Shown piece by piece: positions 1 to 13,500 of a stretch of 64,000 bases of DNA. The notes beneath the pieces are model-generated. The model saw only the letters and a program-made list of their open reading frames with translations, did not search any database and was not told where the DNA came from. The stretch spans positions 27,395,790 to 27,459,789 of the forward strand of contig NC_090379.1 in the NCBI RefSeq assembly GCF_036365525.1, in the 5' to 3' direction. Made by a program: the position numbers and the translations under genes. The first letter of the stretch is position 1. Each line of letters begins with the position of its first letter. This DNA comes from Heterodontus francisci (taxonomy: Eukaryota).

Positions 1-982
<982 letters not shown>

Positions 983-1279
983 CTAAGGAATTAAAAACAG
1001 ATGAATTATTGAAAAAAAAACACTGACTGCAAATATGCCTATTCATCAAATATTGTTCAAAACTTGCTATAAGTGGATGATAGAAATTCACATTCTATAG
1101 TAGTTTATAAAATGAAGCACAAAACTAAACAGGAGACTATTATGCTACTGATACAGGTGTTAAAATTAAGATTTTATTTTTTTCCGTTGTGCTGGCAAAT
1201 CAAAAGTATATTGCAGTGTGAATTTTTGCACATGAATCAAATTGCATTGTATTTATAACATACTAGCAAAGTTACTTAC

Positions 1280-1339
1280 CAAAATCATGTGCGACAATAA
1301 GTTCCCTCCAAGTGCTCCAAAGGTGTAAAATACTAAAGC
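1280..1339 (-). CDS. SEL1L: SEL1L exon 8
   Basis: 60 nt, ALVFYTFGALGGNLLSHMIL; TAG and GTAAGT splice sites. Confidence 0.96.
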
Positions 1340-1467
1340 CTACAAGAAAAGGAAAGCAAAAAAAGGTTATTAAGCATTTTATTGCACGTAAGCTTACAAG
1401 ATTAGACATTCAGCAAGGGAGAGGTGATTGGGTGGCCAGATTTTTAAAAACTACATAAAACAAGTAC

Positions 1468-1521
1468 CTTAGCTTGACTTGAGTGGACTCCAACTCCAGA
1501 TGCATAAAGGAATCCAAGAGC
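1468..1521 (-). CDS. SEL1L: SEL1L exon 7
   Basis: 54 nt, ALGFLYASGVGVHSSQAK; TAG and GTACTT splice sites. Confidence 0.96.
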
Positions 1522-1569
1522 CTAGAAATGGAATACAAGAAAGAGCCTCCAGAATTAAAAAATTACATT

Positions 1570-2115
1570 TCTTATGTCCCTTTCCCACCCCACCAAAACA
1601 ATTACAGTACTTGTTTGCCCTCCCACCCCAAAATACTTACCTTTACATCTGACCATCCCCCCCACCCCCCCACCAAAACTAGTGCACCAAGTGTAAGGTT
1701 CAACCCTTTCCACCATCCCCTACACCCTTTACATGTATTTAACCCCATTCCCCCCACCCCCATCCCACCCTGCACTGACAAACTTACCTCCTCCCCCCTC
1801 CCCAACATGGTGCCGCGTTTCCCTGGGCGGGGATCTGAAGGCACGGGCATGCCGGATGACACACCGAAGATCACGGCGGGCCCTCAAGATCGGAGGTAAG
1901 TGTATTTAAAATGTATTAATTTTATTGATTTGGATATTTAAATTGTGGTCCCATCACCCAGCGGCAGAGCCGAGGTGGGGGGGCCGCCCCGGAGCCTCGC
2001 TGTCGCTGGGCTGATCGGCCTGGGTCCTGCTGCCATCAAGGTCCGTGGCGGGCCTCATCTTCAGGCCACCCCATGCCACAGATCATGATGTCGAGGGCTT
2101 GGTAAAATACAGCCC
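1570..2115. mobile_element. GC-rich non-autonomous DNA transposon remnant (Harbinger-like end)
   Basis: Ends in AAAATACAGCCC, matching the GGGCTGGATTT termini at 18811 and 30328. Confidence 0.45.
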
Positions 2116-2119
2116 CTAA

Positions 2120-2366
2120 TGGGAGAGAGCTTGAGAAAGCCGGCATGTAGATTATTTTAATTAGCTCTGTTTAAACATAGTAAAGTTAACCTCTTTGTTA
2201 ACTCAAGAAAACCTGTCCGATTACTCACTTGCTATGATCATAACCAGAACCAAACACCTAATAAATTGGATATACTAGCCAATTCAAAGAAAGAATTAAA
2301 CCTGTTGTGGTCAAAGAAGGAGGGAAAAAAGGGAAGTCCTTTGACCCCTCCTCACCTGACTAACAA
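2120..2366. mobile_element. LTR fragment
   Basis: Reverse complement of 24861-25050; ends in ...TAACA. Confidence 0.7.
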
Positions 2367-2384
2367 TATTCAATACTGCACCAT

Positions 2385-3025
2385 GCACTGTACAAACACT
2401 GAGCCAAAAGGAAGATAGATTAGAAATGACCAAAAGCTTGCTCAAAGAAAAGGATTTTAAGGAGAGCATCAAGGAGGTGAAAGTGGAGGGGCAGGGAAGT
2501 TTAAGAATGGGGAAAAATGCACAAGAACCTAGAATCTGTGGAAGAGAGTATTTATAGAGGGCATTATAGGGCTAGACATGTTTCGAGAAATAATAGGAAC
2601 CAAAACCTGAAGGGATATAAAAACATAGAATTTTAAAAACTGAGGTGTTTGAGAAACCAGGAGCTAAATACAAGTCAAGTCAATGGGAACTGCGGTGATG
2701 GAATAGTACATGCAAAGAGTTTTGGATGAGCTGAAAATTAGATGGTGGAAGATTAGAAGGGCAAAAGAAGCTGCTAGTATGGAAGTGCGAATAGGTAGTT
2801 TTGTGAAATTCAGGTTCAAACAGAATACTGAAGTCCAGCCTGGGACAGAGGTCAGGGAAAGACACAGTTTGTGCAGGGGGCAAAGATGACGGGCGATAAT
2901 AGGCAATGAAGGGGGTTGACCAAGATACAGGAGAGAGCCACTAACATCTATGTAGAAGCAGATTCTGTCTGTAGATGATGTTGCCAAGGGAAACATTTAG
3001 ATAAGCCCTGATACAAGCCCTGAAG
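2385..3025 (-). mobile_element. Old L2-like LINE fragment
   Basis: Purine-rich decayed sequence resembling antisense L2 ORF2 and 3' end; similar in character to 53910-54350. Confidence 0.45.
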
Positions 3026-3643
3026 AACTGAAAAAAGATTTTCTATTCTCTAAACCAGCGAAGCAGTAATATGGCTTCCTTGATTACAGGATAGCTTGGA
3101 TGATTCAATCCACACGCTCACACCCCTTTCCTCAATTTAATCCAACACTGATATCAGTTATTGGCCAACTAGCTCAGCTGAAGAATGGATCTGGATCAAT
3201 AATAATCATTCCAAAAATAGAATGAAATACAAAAACAAGGCAAAAACATAAGTTGTCAAGGACAAGACAAAAGGCTGAACTATAATGCATTTCAGTTCAT
3301 ACTGAAACATCCAAAAAAAATTTAAGAACTTCATCATATACAGCATTTCAGACCATATACAGGAACACCTATAGGGAAAATTGCTAGGCTAATTTTAGTA
3401 AGGTATCTGGTTCTTCAATCTCAAAATTACACAAAGTAACCTATATTTTCTACATATAATTGTAGCGCCTAGAGGGAATTTAACATAATACTACAAATTC
3501 ACATTACAACATTGTGTTACTGTTCAGGGGTTATGAAACTCAGATCAAGTTCTTTAAAACTGCATTCAAATCATTCAGGATGCTATTATCATTTGAGGCA
3601 AGAACCAGTGATTAATAAAGATTGTGTAGCTATGATGTAGTTA

Positions 3644-3823
<180 letters not shown>

Positions 3824-4513
3824 TCAAAAAAAAAGAAAAAAAATGGACCAACACCCATTGAAAGGGTTTATGATCAAGGCAATGGCAAGATGGTCAAGCA
3901 GTTGCAACATTACATTAATCCTGCAATTGTTAGTACTGGAGAACATGCAAATCAAGTCTGGGCTCAAGCACACTGCACATGAATTCAGCATTGTATACTT
4001 ACACTTTTCCTTACTTGCAAAGGTTTTCCTATAAAGATGCCAGCATTTTCCTTTGAACAATTAACAGTCCCTGGGAGCTACTTATGTTCTTAATGACCCC
4101 TGGCTCTAATTCCAACATGAAAAAGTTCAAAAACCACCAGTGTAAGATATTTATTTACACAAGGCTCTGGTACCTCTCTAAAGGCCCACAAAACACAGGA
4201 CAACACTCAGTTCTAGCACTGAGCAGGAGCTCTGAACCAGGACATTAATTGCTTTAATAATTTGTAGACACAACCTCAAACGGAACACTAACATAAAAGG
4301 ACCAACTGGCACAATACTCCACCTCAGTGGGGTAAGAACAAAAATAGGAAACTTCCCCCCTCCAAGGAGTTTTGTTATGCCTGAATCCCTACCAGTTGAC
4401 TAGAGATGATGTGTAATTTTGACCATCTTACTCTCATAGGCAAAGGAGGTGGCTGAATGGCACCAAGCAGCCTACAAGGGGAAGAAATTTATAATTAAAG
4501 TGTGGATGCTTAC

Positions 4514-4619
4514 TCTTTTTTCTGATTCTTTTTACTTGTACTGTTGATCATTTTCATTCCAGTGTGATAAAATCTCTCTGCCTCTTGTGCAACTTTTCTT
4601 TGACTGGCCTCCTCATCAG
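4514..4619 (-). CDS. SEL1L: SEL1L exon 5
   Basis: 106 nt, TDEEASQRKVAQEAERFYHTGMKMINSTSKKNQKKE; TAG and GTAAGC splice sites. Confidence 0.95.
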
Positions 4620-5003
4620 CTAGGACATAAAAAAGTATGCTTTAATACTTCAGGAAACCAGAGAAACAAGTTAACTTCTAATTAAGATCTCAGATCCCAG
4701 CCCCCTTAACTCAGAAACAAAAAGTGACTCCAACTCATGATTACATGGTTTTGTCATGAGCCAATGCCAAGAATGTAATTTTTTGTAATCCATTTGGCCT
4801 ACGCAATTCAGTTATGATCCAATACCAAAATTTATTCGACTAGTGAACCCAGTTTTATGCCATAAAAATTAACTCATGGAAGTTATACAGAGGATGTTAC
4901 TGATTTCTCTCGATCCCAGCACTGTACTTCAGAATTTGAAAAAGTATATCTACAGTCTTCATTCAAGCTTTTAGTATATTCAGGTTTTCACCAGCCCAGT
5001 TCA

Positions 5004-5237
<234 letters not shown>

Positions 5238-6980
5238 TCAAATAAAAATAATTTAATATCAGATAATAAAACCTCATAGAAGCTAAGAAATGCAGCAGAC
5301 TATTTTCACTATACCTACAGATTGCACACACTACTATTTAGAACCAACAAGTTCTCAAATATTCTTAGATTATGCATGAAAAGGCTGATTAATGTACGCA
5401 AGTTTTAGCCTCTGGTGTGGTTGTCAAAAATATTAATATAATTGAGGGTAAAAAGCAAAAAAAGGGGAAAGAAAAACAACGGTATGAACTATACAAAATT
5501 ATATCATAATTCCAGAAGTGACAAAATATTTTTGAATGAAAACAAATGTCGGACAAGACCAATTTACTTAAAACTCATTTGTTTTTAAAAAAATCTCCAC
5601 CTTACAAAAAACCCAAATCATTCATGCAAATAAAAGTAATCTTTTCAGTTAGCTACCAGCTTCAAAAATGAATTAAAAAATCAACACAAAAAGAAAATTC
5701 TATTTAACAAAATGGAGATGGTCCAGAAAGTTTATGGCTGTATTCAGTTAATACCAAACAAAACAAAAAAATCCTGTATCGCGAAGGGCATCATATAAAA
5801 ATTATATCAGTGTGCAAATATGCATATTATTCACACTTTAAAGACTTTTAAATTGAAAGCTTGTTATAATGTATATAAAAATACCTTGTGACACCCTAAC
5901 CTTAAGCTTGTATACGTTATAAATAAGCCAAAAAATAAAAAAGGGTTTAAATCAACTGCATGGGTAAAGTTTCACTTCAGGTTCTCAAGCGTTTTACCTT
6001 ATTTCAGCTTTTCCACTACTTCCATATTGAGTTAAAGATTTCAAAGACTACAGATGCAGTAAAACAGTGAAATATTTCACCTGAAATTAAAATGTTAACT
6101 TCACAAATAAAATGTTGGCACTTTGCCAGCTGCTCATACTTACCCATACTGGATAAGCACCTAACAGATTATCCTAAATGGTACTTAAAATATTACATCT
6201 AACTGAACAAAATGATTGATTTTAATGCTTGAAGAAACATATATCCTGACACGAGTAAACCAAATTTATTTTCTGCCTTTCTTCTCCAACCTTTATACTA
6301 CACTATAGAAACTGTTTCTTTGTATACGTGGCACAACATTAATCACGGGGAAGGGGTGGGAAAAACACCTGCTTAAGCCACTGCTGACTTAGTCTCATTA
6401 CAGCTTATGACTGATATGATCAACTATTTTATTTTTAGATGCAAGAGTTTCAGATGGAGTCAAATACATACAAGCTACAATCAGTAGCATGTTTCAGCTT
6501 GATAAGGAACTAAGACAACTACAATACAGGAGAAAAAACCCTCACTTTTCAAGACTAGAAGTAAATCTATCGAGTTCTGCACTATTATTGGTATAATTAG
6601 AGGGGCTAATGCATAGTCTATACATCACAACCCCATTTTGTAATTGACCAATGTTCAGCAGATTAATACTTTACACTGTATTCCAAATTCTGCTTAACCT
6701 GAAAATTGAATTCTGGTAGAAAATGAACATGTAAGCAAGTGACAAAATAATAATCCATTTAATAGTAATTTCCAGTCAAAAACAAACGAGTTATATTCCT
6801 ATTGGTATATCAATACTCGCCTTGATTCTCAAGTTATTCAACCATATGGCTTTGCTCTGCACCAACAAATGCATTTTGTCACTGGGTCACTGAAGACCCA
6901 CCGGGAGTTAAGGATCTATTGAAAGTTGTTTTCAGTGGATCGCTTTGAAGTCTGGTCAAATAGATGATCATCAGTCTTAC

Positions 6981-7140
6981 CTTTTTTATCACTATCCGTA
7001 TCAGTGGTTAGACTTTCTTCATCAGAAGTAGTAAGCTGGTGTTCTTCATCCTTATCTTGCCAGAGATCTTCTTTGGAGTCTATGATCTGCCCGGCAACTA
7101 CACGAGAGCCAGCTGGATGATCTTCCTTCTGTTCATTTGT
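6981..7140 (-). CDS. SEL1L: SEL1L exon 3 (acidic linker)
   Basis: CCCTTTTTAG acceptor, 160 nt, TNEQKEDHPAGSRVVAGQIIDSKED...DSDKK, AAG|GTAAGA donor. Contains the conserved RVVAGQI motif. Confidence 0.88.
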
Positions 7141-7549
7141 CTAAAAAGGGAACATGCATACAAAAAAAAAAATATTCAAATCAATTCAAAAAACAGGATC
7201 TCCTTCTCACATACAATTTTTAGTTTTTTTTTAATAAATAAATGCCAAGAGCAGTTGGGCTCTCTGGAGAGAGGGAAAACCACATTAACATCTAAAGATT
7301 TCTAACATTTGCATGTCTCAACAAAGGATACTAGGGAAAGAACATGAAAGTGATTCAAACTTTACTGCACAGTAATTGGTAGAAAACACTATTTTGCAAA
7401 GAGAATGCATTAAAAATTAAACTAATGCAACAAAATAAAAAATGTTGACTTATTACATTTGCCAGCGAGGCAGTGACAACACACCAACTTGAAACATCAC
7501 AACTTCAGAGCATCACTGAGATGGGTCTGGCAGATGATGATTAGGGAGC

Positions 7550-7820
7550 AGTACATCAAACCTATAGTGCAGAAACAAGGCATTCAGCCCACTTATCCAT
7601 GCTGCCATTTATGCCACACAAGCCTCCTTCCACCACTCTTCATCTAACCCCATCACATATCCATCTATTCCTTTCACCATTATGTTCTTATCTAGCTTCC
7701 CTTTAAATGCATCTATGCTGTTCGCCTCAACTGCTCTTTGTGGCAGCACCTTCCACATTTTTACCATTCTTTGGGTAAGAAACTTCTCCTGAATTCCCTG
7801 TTGGATGTATTAGTGACTAC
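7550..7820 (-). mobile_element. CR1 3' fragment
   Basis: Similar to the CR1 3' ends at 12337-12620. Confidence 0.7.
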
Positions 7821-7950
7821 AAAAGAGAAAATAAGTTTGGAAAAAGCACTTCAGTTTCAGCACTCCTCCTTCATGATCACAGGATCCTAACACTACTTAT
7901 AAATGCTCCTCTGCAACTTTTTTGGCGTGGTTGGTCACATGAAAGATTAC

Positions 7951-7988
7951 CTTCGAGTCCAGTGATTCACCATTTATTTCTTGCACAT
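7951..7988 (-). CDS. SEL1L: SEL1L exon 2
   Basis: TTTTGCAG acceptor, 38 nt, (D)VQEINGESLDSK, GTAATC donor. Resembles mammalian DEEGSQDESLDSK. Confidence 0.9.
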
Positions 7989-8689
7989 CTGCAAAAGTAC
8001 AGAGGAAAGAAAAGTTACCAGGGTAATGACACCTTTACCATTATTACATAGGCTAAGCCCAGACAATTTATTTTTAAAGCAGTCATACTGTAATCCACCA
8101 TTTAAACCATGTACTGAAAATCAAGTCTCAGACTGATCAAAAAAGTTTCACCATGTAATTTTTGCCAGAGAAGTATTCTCCATTTAAAAATGCAAAACTT
8201 TTCCAAAAAAATTTCAAGATGAATCAAGCATAAATATAGATGGTTCAATTATTTGCGTTTACATGTTTATCTGTAGCACAAAAATATTTCTGTTGATCAT
8301 TCAGCCTATCCAGCAAGTCCAACACCCACGTTCTAGAAATGTTTGTCACATTATGGAAAAACAAACATTAAATAGGAACATGCAAAGGAAAGTTGCATGA
8401 CTGATCACATTCCTGCTCCTAAACGGGTTACGGACCTGGTTAGAAAAGTAAAACATATGATTGAAAAAGGGAGATACAATAGGTTTTGGAGGTTCATCAA
8501 TTGAAAAGAATGACTTGTTCCATTATGAAGATCCAGAATCAATTAACAATCTGAGCTGTACAATTAATGCGGGCATGTAAAACATTTAAACTTGCATTTA
8601 TGTATTCTTAATTAAAAATACGTACAAGATATTGTTGATTTGTTAGGGAACATTTAAAGGCTAACATATCAAAAGTCAGAGTGTGGGAC

Positions 8690-9035
8690 AAGTAAAGGTC
8701 TTTTAACATTATGGAAGGATTTGATCGGTAGATGTAGAGAAGATATTTCCACTTGTTGGTGAGACCAAAGCTCGGGGCCATAAATAAGAGAATCCAGAAG
8801 GGAATTCAGGAGAAACTTTACCCAGAGTGTGGAACTTGCTCCCACAAAAAGGCATTGCTGTCAACAGAAAAGATACTTTTAAGGGGAAGTTAGGTAAAAC
8901 AAGAGGGAGGGAGGGAGGAATAGAAGATTATATTAATAGGGTTAGATGAAAAAGGGTAGGAGGAAGCTAATGATGCATAAAAGCTGGAATGAACCAGTTG
9001 GGTTAACTGCCTGTTTTTCTGCTGTACATTCTATG
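8690..9035 (+). mobile_element. CR1 3' fragment
   Basis: Carries the RRNFFTQRV-like region and a TTCTATG tail. Confidence 0.7.
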
Positions 9036-10551
9036 CAACAAAAATCTCTCGAGTCCATTTCAACAGGATGAGGAGTTCTCCAGTTGGAAGAGGCAATCTG
9101 ATAATGGGGGTGGGGCACGAGGAGAGTCTACTGAATCCAAATTAATTTATCAAAGTAGGCTATTAATCCATTAGAATCGCTACATACTGTATTGTAACTG
9201 ATTGGGGAAACAGTACATTTAAATTCCACACAACTCTTCTCTAGGCCCTGAAAATACACACAAATCTGTTATCTAAGCCAGTCCTAAAAGGTTTGTAAAA
9301 ACCAGTTAACCAAAAATGAAAATTCTCCTTCAAAGGTGAGTGATCCAATTAAAATGTAACATTTACCTCCCATTCCATGATTGCTAACTGCGTAATCTTC
9401 AGCCACATTGTAAATATTGTGCAAATACAGTGCTCCCTCCACAGCAAGATCAACAGCTCTCACAATATTACTAACAGAGGTAAAAATGAAAGATTTCCAG
9501 TCATTACAACTAACACTTAAAATGTTCACACTAACTTATAGGTGGTCTGACAGTAGTTAATGCCAATCAACCTCCGTCCCAAGCTTCTACTCCATACTTT
9601 CCCACTCCAGCTCCATGCTCTCCCTCGCAGTAGTTTTACAATTGCTTTACATCTTCAGGTCCTACTTCCAATCACACCAGCTGCTCTGCCTGGCCCCATA
9701 GTTTACTCTCACCCAATACAGGTAGAGCGTGAAGCTTACAAGAGACAGGAAAAAAGACATGACAAAACTAAAATGCCAAAGCAGTCAGAGATGGAGACAA
9801 AGGGAATAAAAGCAGACTGACAGAAAGAACAAAAAAAATTAAGATGCCAAGTTGAGGAGGGAGACCTCTGTCCAATGAATATCTTATATGCAATAAAATA
9901 AATCATTTTTAGTTATCTCATATTCAACTGTATGGAGACATCTACATCCACCTGCAGGGTTGCTAGTCAATCAACATGAAGTACACACTGTCCCTTTAGG
10001 GATACATCCACATACCAATTCAGCTAGGATTTCCTAACTGGCCTGCAGGATTATCTGAAGTAAACTGAAATGGCATGACGAATGAATTGTATGTTCAGAA
10101 ATATTTATACATAAAAGGGGTGTGGTATTATGCTCAGGAGACAAAACTGTTTTTGAGTTAACATAGTATGAGGCATATTACTATATTTTATAAACAAAAC
10201 TAAGACACAACTCCCTTAAAACATAGAATGAATGGTTTATGGGAGGTAGTTTTACATTAAAACACACATGGAACCATTATTTTTCAGATGGGAAGGAAAG
10301 CAAATCAATTTGCATAATTTGTTTCTTTATCTCATTCTTCCTGAACAAGTTTGGTATTCAAAATGAACAAAATGCAATATAGTGCTTTCTGTCATGCATA
10401 CATATTGCAATGCCTGGTCACACAGTGCTACATTACATACTTATACTAGCACTGGTACCATTGAGCCATCTCCGATAATCAAAACTCGAATGGAGCAAAC
10501 TTTGAAACTGCAATATCTTTGAAAAAAAAATATTACCAGGATTACCAGAAA

Positions 10552-13500
10552 GGGCAGGCGGTGGCGTAGTGGTATTATCACTGTACTAATAACCCAGAGA
10601 CCCAGGGTATTCCTCTGGGGACATGGGTTCGAATCCCACCACAGCAGAAGGTGGAATTTGAATTTCGTTAATAAATCTGGAATTAAAACTAGTCTAATGA
10701 TGGCCCTGAAACCATTGTCAATTGTTGTAAAAGCCCATCTGGTTCACTAATGTCCTTTAGGGAAGGAAATCTGCTGTCCTTACCTGGTCTGGCCTACATG
10801 TGACTCCAGACCCACAGCAATGCGGTTACCTCTTACATGCCCTCTGAAATGGCCTAGCAAGCCACTCAGTTGTACCTAACCGCTACAAAGTCTATAAAAA
10901 GGAATGAAACCGGACGGACCACCCGGCATCGACCTAGGCACCGGAAACGACAACGGCAAACCCAGCCCTGTCGACCCTGCAAAGTCCTCCTTACTAACAT
11001 CTGGGGGCTTGTGCCAAAGTTGGGAGGGCTGTCCCACAGACTAGTCAAGCAACAGCCTGACATAGTCATACTCACGGAATCATACCTTACAGATAATGTC
11101 CCAGACATTGCCATCACCATCCCTGGGTACGTCCTGTCCCACCGGCAGGACAGACCCAGCAGAGGTGTTGGCACAGTGGTATGCAGTAAGGAGGGAGTTG
11201 CCCTGGGAGTCCTCAACATCGACTCCGGACCCCATGAAGTCTCATGGCATCAGGTCAAACATGGGCAAGGTAACCTACTGATTACCACATACTGCCGTCC
11301 CTCAGCTGATGACTCAGTACTCCTCCATGTTGAACAAGAGTGGCTCGGTAGCACCACTACTGCCTGAGTTGGCAGAGTTCTAAAGGACATGGCTGCTAGA
11401 CTGGGTCTGCGGCAGGTGGTGGGGGAACCAACACGAGGGAAGAACATACTCGACCTCGTCCTCACCAATCTGCCTGCTGCAGATGCATCTGTCCATGACA
11501 GCATTGGTAGGAGTGACCACTGCACAGTCCTTGTGGAGACGAAGTCCCACCTTTACACTGAGGATACCGTCCATCGTGTTGTGTGGCACTATCACCGTGC
11601 TGAATGGGATAGATTTCGAACAGATCTAGCAATGCAAAACTGGGCATCCATGAGGCGCTGTGGGCCATCAGCAGCAGCAGAACTGTACTCAACCACAATC
11701 TGTAACCTCATGGCCCGGCATATCCCCCACTCTACCATTACCACTAAGCCAGGAGACCAACCCTGGTTCAAAGAAGAGTGCAGGAGGGCATGCCAGGAGC
11801 AGCACCAGGCATACCTCAAAATGAGGTGTCAACCTGGTGAAGCTACAACCCAGGACTACTTGCATGCCAAACTGTGTAAGCAGCATGCGATAGACAGAGC
11901 TAAGCTATCCCATAACCAACGGATCAGATCTAAGCTCTGGAGTCCTGCCACATCCAGCCGGAAATGATGGTGGACAATTAAACAACTAACTGGAGGAGGT
12001 GGCCCCACAAATATCCCCATCCTCAATGATGGGGGAGCCCAGCACATCAGTGCGAAAGATAAGGCTGAAGGATTAGCAAAAATTTTCAGCCAGAAGTGCC
12101 GAGTTGATGATCCATCTCGTCCTCCTCCTGAAGTCCCCAGCATCACAGATGCCAGACTTAAACCAATTCGATTCACTCCACGTGATATCAAGAAATGACT
12201 GAAGGCACTGGATACTGCAAAAGCTATGGGCCCTGACAATATTCCGGCAATAGTACTGAAGACCTGTGCTCCAGAACTTGCCGCACCCTGAGCCAAGCTG
12301 TTCCAGTACAGCTACAACACTGGCATCTACCCTGCAAAGAACAAAGAACATAGAAAATTACAGCACAGGAACAGGCCCTTCGGCCCTCCAAGCCTACGCT
12401 GATCCAGATCCTCTATCTAAACCTGTCGCCTATTTTCTAAGGGTCTGTATCTCTTTACTTCCTGCCCATTCATGTATCTGTCTAGATACATCTTAAAAGA
12501 CGCTACCGTGCCCGCGTCTACCACCTCCGCTGGCAACGCATTCCAGGCACCCACCACCCTCTGCGTAAAGAACTTTCCACTCATATCCCCCCTAAACTTT
12601 TCCCCTTTCACTTTGAACTCGTGTCCCCTAGTAATTGAATCCCCCACTCTGGGAAAAAGCTTCTTGCTATCCAACCTGTCTATACCTCTCATGACTTTGT
12701 ACACCTCAATCAGGTCCCCCCTCAACCTCCGTCTTTCTAATGAAAATAATCCTAATCTACTCAACCTCTCTTCATAGCTAGCGCCCTCCATACCAGGCAA
12801 CATCCTGGTGAACCGCCTCTGCACCCTCTCCAAAGCATCCACATCCTTTTGGTAATGCGGCGACCAGAACTGCACGCAGTATTCCAAATGTGGCCGAACC
12901 AAAGTCCTATACAACTGTAACATGACCTGCCAACTCTTGTACTCAATACCCCGTCTGATGAAGGAAAGCATGCCGTATGCCTTCTTGACCACTCTATTGA
13001 ACTGCGTTGCCACCTTCAGGGAACAATGGACCTGAACACCCAAATCTCTCTGTACATCAATTTTCCCCAGGACTTTTCCATTTAATGTGTAGTTCACTCT
13101 TGAATTGGATCTTCCAAAATGCATCACCTCGCATTTGCCCGGATTGAACTCCATCTGCCATTTCTCTGCCCAACTCTCCAGTCTATCTATATTCTGCTGT
13201 ATTCTCTGACAGTCCCCTTCACTATCTGCTACTCCACCAATCTTAGTGTCGTCTGCAAACTTGCTAATCAGACCACCAATACTTTCCTCCAAATCATTTA
13301 TGTATATCACAAACAACAGTGGTCCCAGCACGGATCCCTGTGGAACACCACTGGTGACACGTCTCCATTTTGAGAAACTCCCTTCCACTGCTACTCTCTG
13401 TCTCCTGTTGCCCAGCCAGTTCTTTATCCATCTAGCTAGTACACCTTGGACCCCATGCGCCTTCACTTTCTCCATCAGCCTACCATGGGGAACCTTATCG

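Noticed and set aside
6820-6980. Longer form of SEL1L exon 3
   Set aside because: Reading past the 6981 donor hits an in-frame TAG about 20 codons later.
10552-10650. tRNA gene
   Set aside because: A and B boxes are present, but I could not fold a cloverleaf, there is no T-run terminator, and the sequence recurs as the head of retroposons.
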